Assembly: GCA_025603075.1 (NCBI GenBank)
Contig: MU626349.1
Coordinates: 18,984-82,983 of the forward strand
Origin: Neoconidiobolus thromboides FSU 785
Lineage: Eukaryota > Fungi > Entomophthoromycota
DNA: 64,000 bases
Direction of reading: 5' to 3'
The translations under genes were made by a program, and so were the position numbers. How positions within the stretch are numbered: position 1 is the first letter of the stretch; every line of letters starts with the position of its first letter. The notes beneath the pieces are model-generated. The model had not been told where the DNA came from. It did not search any database and saw only the letters and a program-made list of their open reading frames with translations. Shown one piece after another: positions 27,826-41,400 of this stretch.

Positions 27826-28148
27826 GATCATGGTGTATTTATGTAGTTAAATAATAAAGTATTAATATATGTTAATTAAAGTGATTTCATATCTTATATT
27901 ATAAGTTTTGTTAAAAATATTTGACAGTCCCATTTAGTCTAATAATATTTTAAAAATATAAAGTATAAGATAAAAATTAAAAATGAATAAATAAATAAAA
28001 CTCAAATAAATTATTTTACAATTAAATATACTTTACTTCATTTAATTATTCATCTCAATAATTATATTCAGTATTAATCAATGAAAAATAAACACATATA
28101 CCATTTCTTTCACTCTCTCATTAAATAAGTTTCATTAATAAATTAGGT

Positions 28149-29309
28149 TTAATTTTTATCCTCTTTACTTAATCCTAATACTTGATGAATTCTCTAGAAT
28201 AGAAGATAGAATTAATATCTAATATTAATAAATCTAATAAATCTAATATTATTTTACCTTCCAGTCCTTTCCTTTATTTATATTATTAAATTCCAATTCA
28301 ATACTAAAATTTGAAAATGGATTTTGTTTATACATTGGTAATGTTTCCGTTAATGTACTAATTAATGTCTTTTGTAAATAAAGGTCTCTTAAAGTAGGTA
28401 AGTTTTCATAATTCAGTCTTAACAATTTGGATGTTTTCTGATGTTCCGCTTTAATAATGAGAAATTCAGTTATAATTGTTTGAATTAATTCGGAGATTGG
28501 TGAATCTAATATAAGATTAAGAATGAATTTTAAAGTGTATTAATAATCGTTAATAAAATAATATTGAAATTACCTGAGTTCTTTGAAAATTCCAAATAAA
28601 TTTGATTAACTGCTGAAGCATAATAAGTTACTAAAGTTACATATTGATCAATATGATGTTGAATAATCTTTAGTTTAATATTTTTTAATTTAGCCTAATG
28701 ATAGAGTTTAATTTGTATTATTTTTTGGCTATTCTTATTATTATTATTTACCTCAACTAATTTTTTCTTTTCTTCTTCTATTTCTTTTATTAAATTTTCT
28801 TCATCTTCAGCAGTCAAATTGAAATCCAAACCCTAAAGTAATAGATAATATTAGTTAAAGTAAAAACTAATAATAGTAAAAGTAGTTAAAATTACATTGT
28901 AATGAAGCAAAGAAATAGGCTCATCTTTAGTAAAGTTAAATACAGTATCGATACAATACAATTCAAATACATCAAAAGTGGTATCAACTGCTCCTTCTAA
29001 TAGTGTATCAATTTGATTCATAGACTAAAAATAATGAATGGTATTTAATATTACTTGTTTTACTTCTCTTTTATTATTATTTTATTAAGTTTATTTTACC
29101 TCTTCAATATCTTTTGGATTTAACATAGTATCATATAATATGTTTTCAAATTTACTTAAGCATAAATACATTTTATCATTAACAGAATTAATCACTTCAT
29201 CAACAAAATGTAATGGTACAAACTCAAAAAACTCAGTTATTAATTGAGCTTTACGTTTGAGTAATTGCTCTGTTTGTATATGTTTAATTGACGTAGTTAC
29301 TGGATTCAT
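28149..29309 (-). CDS. MIS12: Kinetochore protein Mis12/Mtw1, multi-exon
   Basis: LITEFFEFVPLHFVDEVINSVN...GLNQIDTLLEGAVDTTFDVFELYC fits the Mis12 domain pattern. Confidence 0.75.
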
Positions 29310-29561
29310 TTATGAAATCTTTTGTCTTTATAAACTGATAAAACAGAATAAAACTTTAAAGTGTTGAATTAAAAAATCAAAATGAACAAAAAACATTTTT
29401 AAAAAAATTTAAAAGTTTTTATTAAATTTGTTTTTTTTTAAAACTTATACACTAATAATTAAATTATTTTAAACCAGAAAATAAAATTAAACTTATTAAA
29501 TTAAATATTTTCTTTTTTATCCAAATCTTATCGCATTTTATCTTTTGTCCCTGTTATACCC

Positions 29562-30476
29562 TTATATCGCTGTTAATCCATGGACTAACAATACGATTGC
29601 CACAGTAATTACAACTGTAACAAAACAAGCCAGTACTCTATTATATCCTCTCCATTGTAATTCATTTCTATCCCCAGGTTGAATTTTATAAAAAGAACCT
29701 ACATAAAATAATGGAAAAAACAAAACTCCTCCACAAAACATTTTAGCACCAAAAGGAATATTAGCTAACTGACCAATTTTTTCTTTAATACTAACATCTT
29801 GCTTCATATAGTTATTCATTTGATGGTTCTTATCATTGACATTAGTAACATCAGGATAATAAAAACCTTCTTCAACTAATACTCTTTTCTTTGGTATTTG
29901 TTGTATTTTTAATGAAGTATCTGTATCAAAATAAATACTGTTTTCTCTATTTAATTTTTCATCTTTCTTAAGTTTCAACTTATTTGGCTTTCTTAAAAAC
30001 CCTTGACTAACTTTTTCTCGAATATCTTTAGGTTTAAAAGGGACTGGAGATACCATAGATAAATTAATAAATTGATCAATAGCAACATTAATATTAGTAT
30101 TATATTCATCCGTAGATAATAAGCTTAAATTACTACTATGTTGACTAAAATCAGAAATAGAAGTATGAATCGAATTACTAAAACTATTTTTATGATTTAA
30201 TATACGTTCTTCTTTGTTAATATCCAAGAATTTATTGATAATAGTGGAACTACTGCGTATGGGTAAGGTTTGTGAGACGGATGGATTTGGCGGTAACGTT
30301 TCAATTATATAATTGGGCATATTGTTTCTACTATTACTGTTTTGTGTTATCGTATAGAATGGTTGAGATTGTAATGGATGAGTAGTTAAAGGTAAAGGTC
30401 TTTCATTTAAAGTATCATTGGAAGTTAATTCCGAATTAGTTGAATTCATATTTGGAGTAATCGTATCTACATCCAT
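29562..30476 (-). CDS. Intronless hypothetical protein, S/N-rich N-terminus and two C-terminal hydrophobic helices
   Basis: 304-aa ORF; MFCGGVLFFPLFYVGSFY...WRGYNRVLACFVTVVITVAIVLLV. Confidence 0.7.
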   Translation of the reverse strand: MDVDTITPNMNSTNSELTSNDTLNERPLPLTTHPLQSQPFYTITQNSNSRNNMPNYIIETLPPNPSVSQTLPIRSSSTIINKFLDINKEERILNHKNSFSNSIHTSISDFSQHSSNLSLLSTDEYNTNINVAIDQFINLSMVSPVPFKPKDIREKVSQGFLRKPNKLKLKKDEKLNRENSIYFDTDTSLKIQQIPKKRVLVEEGFYYPDVTNVNDKNHQMNNYMKQDVSIKEKIGQLANIPFGAKMFCGGVLFFPLFYVGSFYKIQPGDRNELQWRGYNRVLACFVTVVITVAIVLLVHGLTAI

Positions 30477-31252
30477 ATATATAAAAACAGAATCGTATTA
30501 ATTAATTAAAAATTTGAATAATAAAGAAATAAAGATTGTAAGTTTTGTTATGTTTTTGTAATTGAATTTTTTAATAAGGTTAAAATTCAATTTGAAATTA
30601 TTTTGTTAACTACTCAATTCTCTTTTTTGAAATTTTCCGATTAGAGAGTTGAGATTTAAAGACATTCAAATTTTATTGGCTACCTTGAATTTTATTCTTT
30701 AATTTAATTTGTTATTTAATAAAAGTTGGTTTCAAGGGCAATTTTAATTTCAATGGAACTATTAAGCGGGTGGTAAACTTCTATTTTAAGTTGAATAGAA
30801 AGTTTATTAAAAATCTAGTTAATAAAACTAACTATTTAACTAGTATTTTATTAAATATATAAAATGATATTTTTATTAAACTAAATATAAATTGTGGTTT
30901 TCTTAATATTTTATATTATTTTTTTATTTAGTAATATAGTAGTCATCTTTAGTTAATATAATTATGAAAATAGAGACAATTAATTGTTTTTTAAATAGAT
31001 AAGGGTACACTAAGGGATGATTCTATTGAACCAATAGAAGTCCTTATATTTTTATTTGTTATTCTTATTTTCTTAATAAATTTAAAGTCAATAGAAATGG
31101 TTCACTAGAAACTTTAAAAATCATTTGCCAAATAAATTCCAGTAATTAGAATTATAACTTTGAATGATTGGTTGAATAACAAATATATTAATATAAATAT
31201 CAATTATTAAATTCAATATAAAATCAAATAAAGATTGAGTTTTATGTTTAAG

Positions 31253-32029
31253 ATGAGTAAAACTAAAGAATCTAATCCGAGTATCCATGCTATGTGTGGG
31301 GGTGTGGCTGGATTAATATCAAGGTAAATAGAATTATACTTATAAAAATGAAAATAAAATAATTAGTTTTTCTATTTCTATTTCTATTTCCATTTTTTAA
31401 TTTTTATCATTTCCCTTTATCTAATAGGTTTGTTATCTCACCTTTAGATGTAATAAAAATACGATTACAAGTAAACTAGTTATATTTATAAATTAACTAG
31501 AAGTTTATAACAAAGCAACTCAATTAGGTACAAAGATCTCAATCGAAACTATGGGATACTGAAAAAATAAAATTAAAACCAATAAAATATAAAGGTATTA
31601 TAGGTACATTCCAAACGATTTATAAAGAAGAAGGAATTAGAGTAAGTAAATTTAAAAAATATCCTCTTTTTTTATAATAATAATAATAATCTTTAGGCCT
31701 TTTGGAAAGGTAATTGGAGTGCATCTTACTTATATGTATTTTATGGAGCTTCCCAATTTTTCTTTTATAATAAAATAGAAACTTCAATCAATAAAGTAAG
31801 TATTATATTATCATATTATTATATTATTATTATATTATATTTAATAATTATATGATTAATTAATTAATTCTAATCATTTATCATTTAGTTATCAATACAT
31901 GATAAAAACTTAACTTATTTTCTATCTGGTTCTTCTGCTGGTTTTTTAGCAACTTTTTTAACGTATCCATTTGATTTACTAAGAACACGATTTGCTTTAC
32001 AAGTTAAAGAATCTAATAATGTAAGCTGA

Positions 32030-32072
<43 letters not shown>

Positions 32073-32698
32073 TAAAAATAATATTTACTAATATAATAAT
32101 AATATACAAATAGAATTATAAAAGTATCTATCACGCTATAAAAAAGATCTATAAATTAGAAGGCATTAAGGGTTATTATCATGGTTTAAATCCAGCTTTA
32201 CTACAAATTTTTCCGTATATGGGGTTAATGTTTTTTACTTATGAAGTATCTAATCAAAAATTAAAAGAAACAATCGTAAGTAAATAATTGTTCTATTAAT
32301 ATACTTTAACTTATTAATTGATCCTCTTTTGTAGCCCAAAGATTCTATATTTTATAATTCCAGTCATAGTATAGCTGGTTCCATAGCTGGTTTTATATCA
32401 AAAATAATTGTATTTCCAATGGATGTTTTAAGGAAGAGATTACAAGTAAGTTTAAAAAAATAGCGTTATTAATGTTATTCTTATTAATGTTTTTTTTTTC
32501 TTTTTTTAGGTAGTAATCTCAACAAAAACAAATCCAACAAATACACCAAGGAAATTAAGTAAATTAATTAAAAATATGTTACGACATGAAGGTATTACTG
32601 CTTTTTATAAAGGTTTATTACCAGGTTTATTAAAATCAATACCTACCTCGGCAGTAACTTTTGGAGTTTATGGTTTATGCTTAAAATGTTTAGAATAA
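31253..32698 (+). CDS. TPC1: Mitochondrial carrier, thiamine pyrophosphate carrier-like, multi-exon
   Basis: GGVAGLISRFVISPLDVIKIRLQ, TYPFDLLRTRFA, FPMDVLRKRLQ, FYKGLLPGLLKS (three PxDxxK/R repeats). Confidence 0.8.
32031..32071. repeat. (AAT)n microsatellite in a TPC1 intron
   Basis: About 13 uninterrupted AAT units. Confidence 0.9.
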
Positions 32699-32700
32699 AA

Positions 32701-32773
32701 TAATATAATAATATAATAATATAATAATATAATAATATAATAATATAATAATATAATAATATAATAATATAAT
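32701..32773. repeat. (TAATATAA)n tandem repeat between the convergent TPC1 and ADHFE1 stop codons
   Basis: About 9 units of an 8-mer directly after the TPC1 stop. Confidence 0.9.
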
Positions 32774-32819
32774 AAACAAAGTAATATTTAAAATTCCATT
32801 AACAATTTATTTACTTTTA

Positions 32820-34841
32820 TTAATAAAGTTTCATTGAAGCTTCAAAGATTTTAGATAATACTTCTTCTTCTACAGTAATTGGAGCTAATTTAGTTACCCT
32901 GTGTTGAGGTAAAGTACCTTTTACTAATTCTTGAATATTAGATGAATTATAACCTAATTCATTTAATCCATTGGGTACTTTTAAATCATTTAAAAATTTT
33001 CTTAGACCTTCACCTAATGCTTTACCAGCATCGTCGGATTTTACAGTGTCTATATTGATACCTATTAATAATTAATATTAGTTAATATTAATATTATAAA
33101 ATAAAAATTAATTAATTTAAAATTGTTGAACTTACCAAATGCTTTAGCAGCAATCAAATGTCTTTCTGGGTTGGAATCAGCAGTGAATTCAAATACTGAA
33201 GGAGAAGTAATGGCTACAGAAATACCATGAGGCTAAATAAATTAAAATTTAAAAAAAATATTTTAATAATTAATTAATTAATTAATTAAATCGTACAATA
33301 ATAGGTTTTCCAGCCATTTCGTATTGAGGATGTAAATATTTTTTATTTAATCCAGAAATTGGGTAAGACATACTATAATAAAATAAATAAATAATAAATA
33401 ATAACTAAAACATTAATAATTTAATTACCCATGGCATAAATGAACTCCAGCATTACCAAAACCAATACCTAAAATAATAATAATTAATTTAATAATTAAT
33501 TTAATAATTAATTTAATAATTAAATTTACCAGCATAAGTAGCTGCTAATAACATATTTTCACTAGCTTCAATATCACTAGGATCTTTAAAAGCTCTTGGT
33601 AAATATTTAATACACATTTGTAATGCTTTCAATGACCTAAAATAAATATAAATGTTATTATCATTTCTATTCATTTATCATTCATTATCCAATTAAACAT
33701 TATTTTACCAAATATCTGAAATTGGATTAGCTCCTTGATAAGCTGGTCTTTCAATTGGATTCTTAGGTCTTGGACTACGTTGATTATAAGGTATAGCAGT
33801 ATATGATTCTAGAGAATGGCATAATACATCTAAACCTGAGGCTGCTATTACATTTGCAGGCATACTACGAGTATTCAATGGATCTACAATACCTAATAAC
33901 GGCTTTAAATTACGATGAGCAATACCAGTCTTAGTTTGTAATGGAGTATAATCAAAAATAGCTGTTCCAGTTGTTTCACTTCCAGTACCAGCGGTAGTTG
34001 GGACTATAATAATGGAATTAATAAAATGAACAGGTTACTTATTTATTTGTTATTCTTATTATAAATAGATAAATAAACATACCAGCAATCAATGGCTTTA
34101 AAGTCCTTGTAATTGGTAAACCTTTTCCGATAGGTGTATTAACAAAATCTAATAAATCAGCATCAGGATAACAAGAATATAAATTAGCTGCTTTAGCAGT
34201 ATCAATAACAGATCCACCACCAACAGCAATAAAAAGATCTGGTTGATTCTGTTTAGCAAAATCAATTGCTTTTTGGAAACTTTTGTTTAAAAATAAGGGT
34301 AATCTTAGTTTAATGATTTTACAACAGTGGTGAATTATAATTATTACCTTTTATCTGTTGGTTCAATAGTAACTTGATTGAATAAAACATAATTCACATT
34401 ATTTTCTTCTAAGGATTTGATAACATTTTTAACTGGACTTAATTCACTTAACTAAATAAAGTGAAACACTATTAATAAATCTTGATTGCAAAAAAACTAT
34501 AAAACCTCCTTACATTAGCATCAGTTACCACAGCTACTTTTTTAGCTCCTAAATTAATCGCATCAAAGCCAACTTCTCTAAAATAAGACTTGTTAATATC
34601 CAAAAAATACAATTCTTTAAATTCATTTTTCTTACTTAGTTACTCCAAGACCATATCGAATATTAGAACTAGCCATTTCAAAAGCATATTCTTTCTCTAC
34701 TGGTTTAGTGGTAGCTAATCGATTTACGGTGTTTCTAATAGTACCCCCATGACATGGACATCCACCTGAACCATGAATTACACAAGTCATGACTTTACGT
34801 ACAATTTGACTGGGTTTTGCAACTGCTTTGATAATACTCAT
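32820..34841 (-). CDS. ADHFE1: Hydroxyacid-oxoacid transhydrogenase (iron-ADH family), multi-exon
   Basis: CPCH near the N-terminus, [67 protein letters not shown]. Confidence 0.92.
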
Positions 34842-35771
34842 GTTTGATTCTTTTTAATTCTTTTTTTGTTTCAGATATTCAATAGAATTTTTAAGGTGAA
34901 TTGTTGCCTTTTTATAGCTTAATGAAAAATGTATTTTTTAAATAAATAAATTCAATTCAAGTTCAAAAGATGAACAACCTTTTTATTCTCATTATTATTT
35001 TTAATAAAAATTGATTACTTTTACTTTGCTATTTGCTTAAATAGGAACAATTGAATATTTTAAATGACGTAGCTTAATGTTAATCTTTGTTCGACTATAA
35101 TTGGAAGGCAGGATTCCAAATGAAGCTGACTTCAAAAACTAGATTTTCTCGAAAATAAATTGTTTGGGTTTTTTTAGTAAAGGAGTGGGAATATTATTTG
35201 AAGTAACAATATTATTTGAAGTCAGTTACATGTTATCATTGTAATAATATGCTGCTTTTTAAGGTGCTCTGAAATGTGATATAGTATAGGTTTAGGCTTT
35301 ATTATAAGTTTATAATAATAATTGAATGCTTTTGAAACTTAATTGAAAATAAAAAAGTTGACTTTTTAGTTCAAAAAGTTTTAAAATTTTAAATAGCTAT
35401 TTAGTCATATTTAAGTTATACTTTATTGTCTTTATGGAAATAATATCATTATTAAATATTATTTAGTAAAAATCAATAATTTAATATATATATATATAAT
35501 ATAATAATATTTTACTAATTATATTATAATTTTCTTATTTTCTAACATTTAGTAGCATTTAATTTAATTTATTAACCAGAAGTATTTTTCATGAGAACTG
35601 AGTAATATTGATGAATGCGACTAGCATTTTATCATATATATACAGCATATAGTTAACTTGTAGTGCTTCTTCTATTTTTATAAAACTTCAATAACTTAGA
35701 TTTTGTTTCAATAATTAACTAGATATTTTAAAATATGAAGTGTTTTATACTAAATAATATTATTCTAAATA

Positions 35772-35842
35772 CATTTTTTAAGCGCTATTTGAGCAGAAAA
35801 TTTGTTAGTAAAATCCTTAAACATAAAAATACACCTCTATAT
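35772..35842 (+). mobile_element. MITE copy 4, left-truncated
   Basis: CATTTTTTAAGCGCTATTTGAGCAGAAAATTTGTTAGTAAAATCCTTAAACATAAAAATACACCTCT-ATAT. Confidence 0.75.
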
Positions 35843-35856
35843 AGATTAAAATAGGT

Positions 35857-35959
35857 ATATGGGGATGTATTTTTTAATAATTTTACTAACAATCTCTCCA
35901 CTTAAATAGCGCTCAAAAAATGGAAAAAGTTATGAAGTTAAAAAAAAACAGCTCCATAT
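35857..35959 (-). mobile_element. MITE copy 5; flanks ATAT/ATAT
   Basis: GGGGATGTATTTTTT...AAAAAAAACAGCTCC in reverse orientation. Confidence 0.8.
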
Positions 35960-36292
35960 TAATTAAAATGATTAAAACTATAATATCTCATTTACTCAAG
36001 AGTATAAATTAAATTAAATTAAATTAAATTAAATAATTTGTTTATATCTTCAAAATTAAGAAGATAGATTAGTATTAAAACATGTCAGTTCTTGGGTTAG
36101 CTAATTCCGGTTCTCAATTTACATTGAAATAGTAGGATGCTTTAAAGATGATAGTAGCTAACATTAATTCTATCAATCATTTATTTTCGGACCAATCTAA
36201 ATACAATCATCCTAAAATAATAACAAGCAAAGATAGTGTTTAAAGCAAAAACAAATAAAATTAATTATTCTAGTTGTTCACACAAAAATTAG

Positions 36293-36950
36293 CCTGAAAA
36301 TAATTTTGCTGATGTAGAAGAGGGCAAAAAATATCCCAATGATTACTTTGCTCCAGACCAAATAGAAGAAAGCAACTGTAATATTGTGGAAGATGAAGTT
36401 TATTCAGACAACTTTATGTTTTTAGAATAAGCATGTGATGTTCTAAAAGCGCTACAAATTTTTATCTTACTAGACTATAACAAAACAGAAATTCTTACAT
36501 TTGATCCCATTAGCCCATCCTTTAAGAATTTAAATAAATACCAAAAGCAATTCCCAAATAAGTTTAGAAAGTTAGCTTTGATAAAAGAATAACTAGCCAA
36601 GGTTTTAATTTCAAAAGGTACATTGGTAGTTTCATCTTTCTTTCCCATCAAGTGGAAATTGATGATGGCAAACATATAGCTATGGGACCAAATAGTTTAA
36701 AGATAAAAATTTACAAGGAAGTTAAAAGCGGGTATGGAATTCAGTGAGTACTATGTGAAGATAAACACAAAGCTTCCTATCATTATAAAAAAAGAGATGA
36801 CATAAATGATAACTTATATGATAGCAGCAATATAATTAAATTGATCTATAATGGATAAACTTTGCCTAAAAATTACCATGGATATATATATTATTAGTGA
36901 TCAATCTTGTTTTTATTCTACTAGAATTTAAGAGAAGTATTTGAATAAAC
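36293..36950 (+). pseudogene. Decayed coding relic of unknown family
   Basis: About 128 codons (PENNFADVEEGKKYPNDYF...) with only two TAA stops (36428, 36590), then a shifted frame (SHQVEIDDGKHIAMGPNSLKIKIY...); long for this AT content but not identified. Confidence 0.35.
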
Positions 36951-38465
36951 TTTATAATGGCTTTCATAAAAAGAAATCGATGATAAAAAATACCCAAGTG
37001 AATTAGGTTTAAAAATATTAATTGAAAATAAAAAATGGAGGTGTTGGAAGATTTTGGGGATTGTTGAAAAAATTCAAACTTTGTGTTTAGAAAGAGCGTT
37101 TTGTAAGAGGTAATGTATTGAAGTTAGTTTTGTGTTTTAAATAAAATAATACTATTTTTTTCATTTAATTTTTAACATTACATTGTTAAAGTTGATCTCT
37201 TATCATGTTTGTTTTTATACTGTCAATTTATACATGTTTCTAATTTCTACTGTTTAAGTTAAAATATTGTATTGTATAACTTTAGGTGATAGTCGTGGCA
37301 TATAACAATTTCCAAGTAAACTTTCTATTTACAAAGGAATATAATATAACAACAGTAAACATCTTTATCAGTTATATTTATGAAAAATACTTACTAGTTA
37401 TTAATTTCATTTGTTTATGTGTAAGTCAAAGCTTACATAAACATCAACTATTATTATATTACAATTTTACTATAAACGTATGGGCGATATAAAGGTTTAA
37501 AATAAAGCTTTATTACTCAATATAAATTAGAACAACTCAATAAAGGAAGCTAATGTTTACTATATTTTATTTATAACCAAATGTTAAGTATTTTTATAAA
37601 ATTGCTTTGTATCTAATATAATGCAACATCATCTACCTTATAATCTCAAGTGAAACTTCAATATAACTATGTGAGAACACTTCTTAGGTTGATTTTACAT
37701 CCTATAAAAGCTTTTTATAAATAGCATATCAAGCATATCTGGTTGTCATTATTGAAGGATAAAACCTTACTACTTTATCACCCTTTTTTAAACAAAGATT
37801 AAAAATAAACTTGTATTTCTAATCAACTTTAAATTTAATATTAAATTCAACCGTTTAAATTTTGACGTCTTAAATATTTCAAGTTTGTATATAAAAAAAG
37901 AAAAAAAAAGAGGCTATGAAATAGAGGATGATATTTGTATTGAGAATTTTATTTTGATAATATTGATAAATTCAAGTTAAACTTTGGAAATAGATGAAAA
38001 TTTTGATTAAAGCAAAAATAGAAATAGCCTTTTTTTAACGGTCATCTTGAGCTACGTTAAATTTAAAAATAGGCCAATAAAAGCTTCGTTAAGCCATTCG
38101 GAAGTCATTAATTAGTAAATTTCCCTAAAATTATAGGCAATGTAAAAAAGGCCAAAGTAAGTAAATTTTTGTAAAAGTTAAAGTAATAACTAAAAAGTCT
38201 AAGTAATTTTGAAAATAGAGATTCCAATGATATCAATAATAGAATGATCTCAATCGTTTGAAATACCAAAATTTACTCTTAAAGTACAGTTTATCTTCAT
38301 CATTCAAAGCCACTTTAAAAAAAAACTACTTTATTAATTTAATTGATTTTTTACTTTTCTTTTCTGTTTATTCATTAAAATTAGATAAATAAAAATAAAG
38401 CTTTTATTTATTGCAGATTTCCATCAACCTTTAGACTTAATACTAATAACATATCAATTTAATTA

Positions 38466-41400
38466 ATGGCTAATCGCAATGATCCCACTGCTTTATCAGT
38501 GACCAGCAAAGGGCCTGGTATAATGAAGACGCCCTTAGGAGAGTTTCAAATTGGAAAAACTTTAGGAGAAGGTTCCTATGGTAAAGTCAAACTCATTGTC
38601 AATGTCAAAAATGGAGATAAAGTAATTATATTATTAACTAACTCAACATTTATTAATTTCTTATATTTTTTTTAGCTAGCAGTAAAGATTATAAGAAGAT
38701 TTGTGCCTCCAGATCCAGAAACTGGAAATAAGGGTAGAGGAGGGAAAACATTTGAACAAAGGATATTGAGGGAGGCTAATCTCACTCGATTTTTAAGACA
38801 TCCTCATATTGTACCTTTAAAAGACTGTAGGATTACAAAATCTCATTTTTATTTGTTTCATGAATATATAAGTGGTTGTCAACTTACAGATAAAATTGGT
38901 AGAAATGGCTTAAAAGTGGAAGTAGCTGCTCATTATTTTGAACAAATTATTGATGCTATTGGGTACTGTCATTCCAATTTTGTAGTACATAGAGATATCA
39001 AAGTCGAAGTAATCTATTTTACTCTATCTTATTATAAAATATTAATTAGTTTTTAGAATATAATGATTGATAAAGATGATAATGTAAAAATTATTGATTT
39101 TGGTTTAGCCAATTTTTTTGATCAAAAAAATGCTTTAAAAACATTTTGTGGCTCATTACAATATTCGGCTCCTGAAATTATGCGAGGAGACCCTTATATT
39201 GGCCCAGAAGTAGATATATGGTCAATAGGTGTTGTATTGTTTGCTATGTTAACTGGTACTTTACCGTTTGATGACCCACGTAACCCAGGTGCATGGGAAT
39301 GTGTAATGAATGGCAAAATAAAATGGACACCAAACATGCACCCAACTCCAAAATCAATTATCACTCGTTTATTAGATCCTAATCCAAAACGTCGTATTAC
39401 TATGCCAGAAATAGCAAAACATCCATTTATAGCTAAAAGAGCTAGCTCTAATCCAAATACTATCTATCGTCCTAGTAATCACCGTACTTTACCAGCTAGG
39501 TTAGATCGTAGTATAATATCCGAAATGACAGCATGTATGTTTCAGAGTGAATATTCTATCTTACAACAATTGGAAGAAGAAATGAAAAAAGGAAAAGAGC
39601 AGGATGGATACATCACAGTAAGCAATTCGCCATTGGTAGCAGTATATCATCTTATAGCAAATACACGTGAAAAGACCAAAGTTGAAACTACTCAACCACA
39701 AGCTGATAAACCAGCAGTCACTGAAACTAAAAAAGTAGCACCTAATCCTATTCCACGCATAGTTCCCCAGTCAAAGGAACAAAATGAAGAAGCGGGGTCA
39801 GTTAAACCAGTTGAAAATGAAATGCGTCGTAATGCTACTGACAATCACCCAGGTGTTGTTGTCGAAGAAGAAAATCAATTTAAGCGTGTGTATAGTGAAA
39901 ATGGAGCAATCAACGTTGAATCACCTAAACCTAAACCTGAAGATGTTGAATCTTATGAGGCTGAAATAATTAAGAATGAAAAGCCAATATCTTCACTGAG
40001 TAGAAGGGCTGCCGTTACTGAAGGTAGAAGGCGTAGAGCTTATACCGTCGGTGGTGGTGAAGAGTTAGATGAATCAACTAATAGTAGTGAACCATCTACA
40101 AATAGTACTAACTTTTCAAATACTATGGAAAGAGTTCGTTCTACCAACGATAAAGGATATAATTCAGGATCTGAAAATGGAACTTGGGATAAAGAAACAT
40201 ATAAAGCTAAGAGAGCGTCAATGTATGAAACCTATCGTAAAATGAATGAAGATTTGAGATTAGAGTTAGAACAAAAAGATCGAGATGATTCACTATTAAA
40301 TAGTCAAAAACGTAAAGAGATTTATAAAAGTAAAAGAGCTAGTTTATATGAAGGGTTTTATTCTAAACAAGAATCAAAAGAAAACAAAGAACTAGTTGAA
40401 TCAATTACAAAAAATGATGATAAAAAAGTAGATGAAAGTGGTGATATACAGATCAAGATTGAAGATGAAATGACTAAAGTAAATGGTGGACGTAGAAATT
40501 CTGTAAAGAGAAGGATTACTATTTATAAGTTAGGACGTAAACCCACTTTAAAAAAGAAGAATTCTAAACCTGAAATCATAGAAAGCGAGGTTCAGAACAC
40601 TGAAAGTGAAACTGAATCAGTTAAGGAAAGGATTCGCAATCACTTGAAAGAAAAGGAAATGATAAATAAGCAAGAAGGTGAGCCAATGCCTGTTTATGAA
40701 AGAGAATCATCATTAAAAGATAAAGATGAAAACACAATTGAACCTGATTCACAAGCTGCTATGATATTTAAGGGATTAAAAGAAGGCCCAATTGAAACTA
40801 CTAGATTAAAGAAGGATGTTTCAGATGCAGTCAAAGAATCTAATGGCAATTTGACTCCAAACAAAATCAGTAGTCCAGCACAAAATGGATTAAGGAGTCC
40901 TTTCTTGACAACAAGTCCATTGTTAGTTAGTCCTATCTCTGGTAATCGAACCAATATGTCTGAAAAAGTGAAAGCTATGATGAATAAGAAAGCAGATGAA
41001 AATGGTGAAGAACCTATGGTACTACCAATTATTTCAAACCAAAAGAAATATTTAGACAAATTATTAAGTGATTATCGTAACAGAGCCAGTCAAGATCTTA
41101 CCAAAGGAGAAGATAATAAGCCAAAGAAAAAGGTTACTTTTAAAGACTCCAATGAAGAAGAGTACGAGAATGAATCAGATACCACAATTACTGACTCAAA
41201 AGTGTCTGTTAACGAAAAGGTCATAGTGGAAAATAAAGCGCAGGATATCTATAATAAATTAGCTAAACAGGTCTATGATAATGAAACTAGTGATTCAGAA
41301 CCTGAAGACAAATACGCTAAAGATTTTTCTAAGGATGGTAAAGTTGGTATATTCAAATCACCCAAACAAAATACAAAAGAAATTGTTGATGATTTAGCCA

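Noticed and set aside
40694-41059. 121-aa antisense ORF within the Kin1 gene, and similar antisense or overlapping ORFs in RED, IF1, LIP5, CDC21 and importin
   Set aside because: Shadow frames of real genes with no independent motif.
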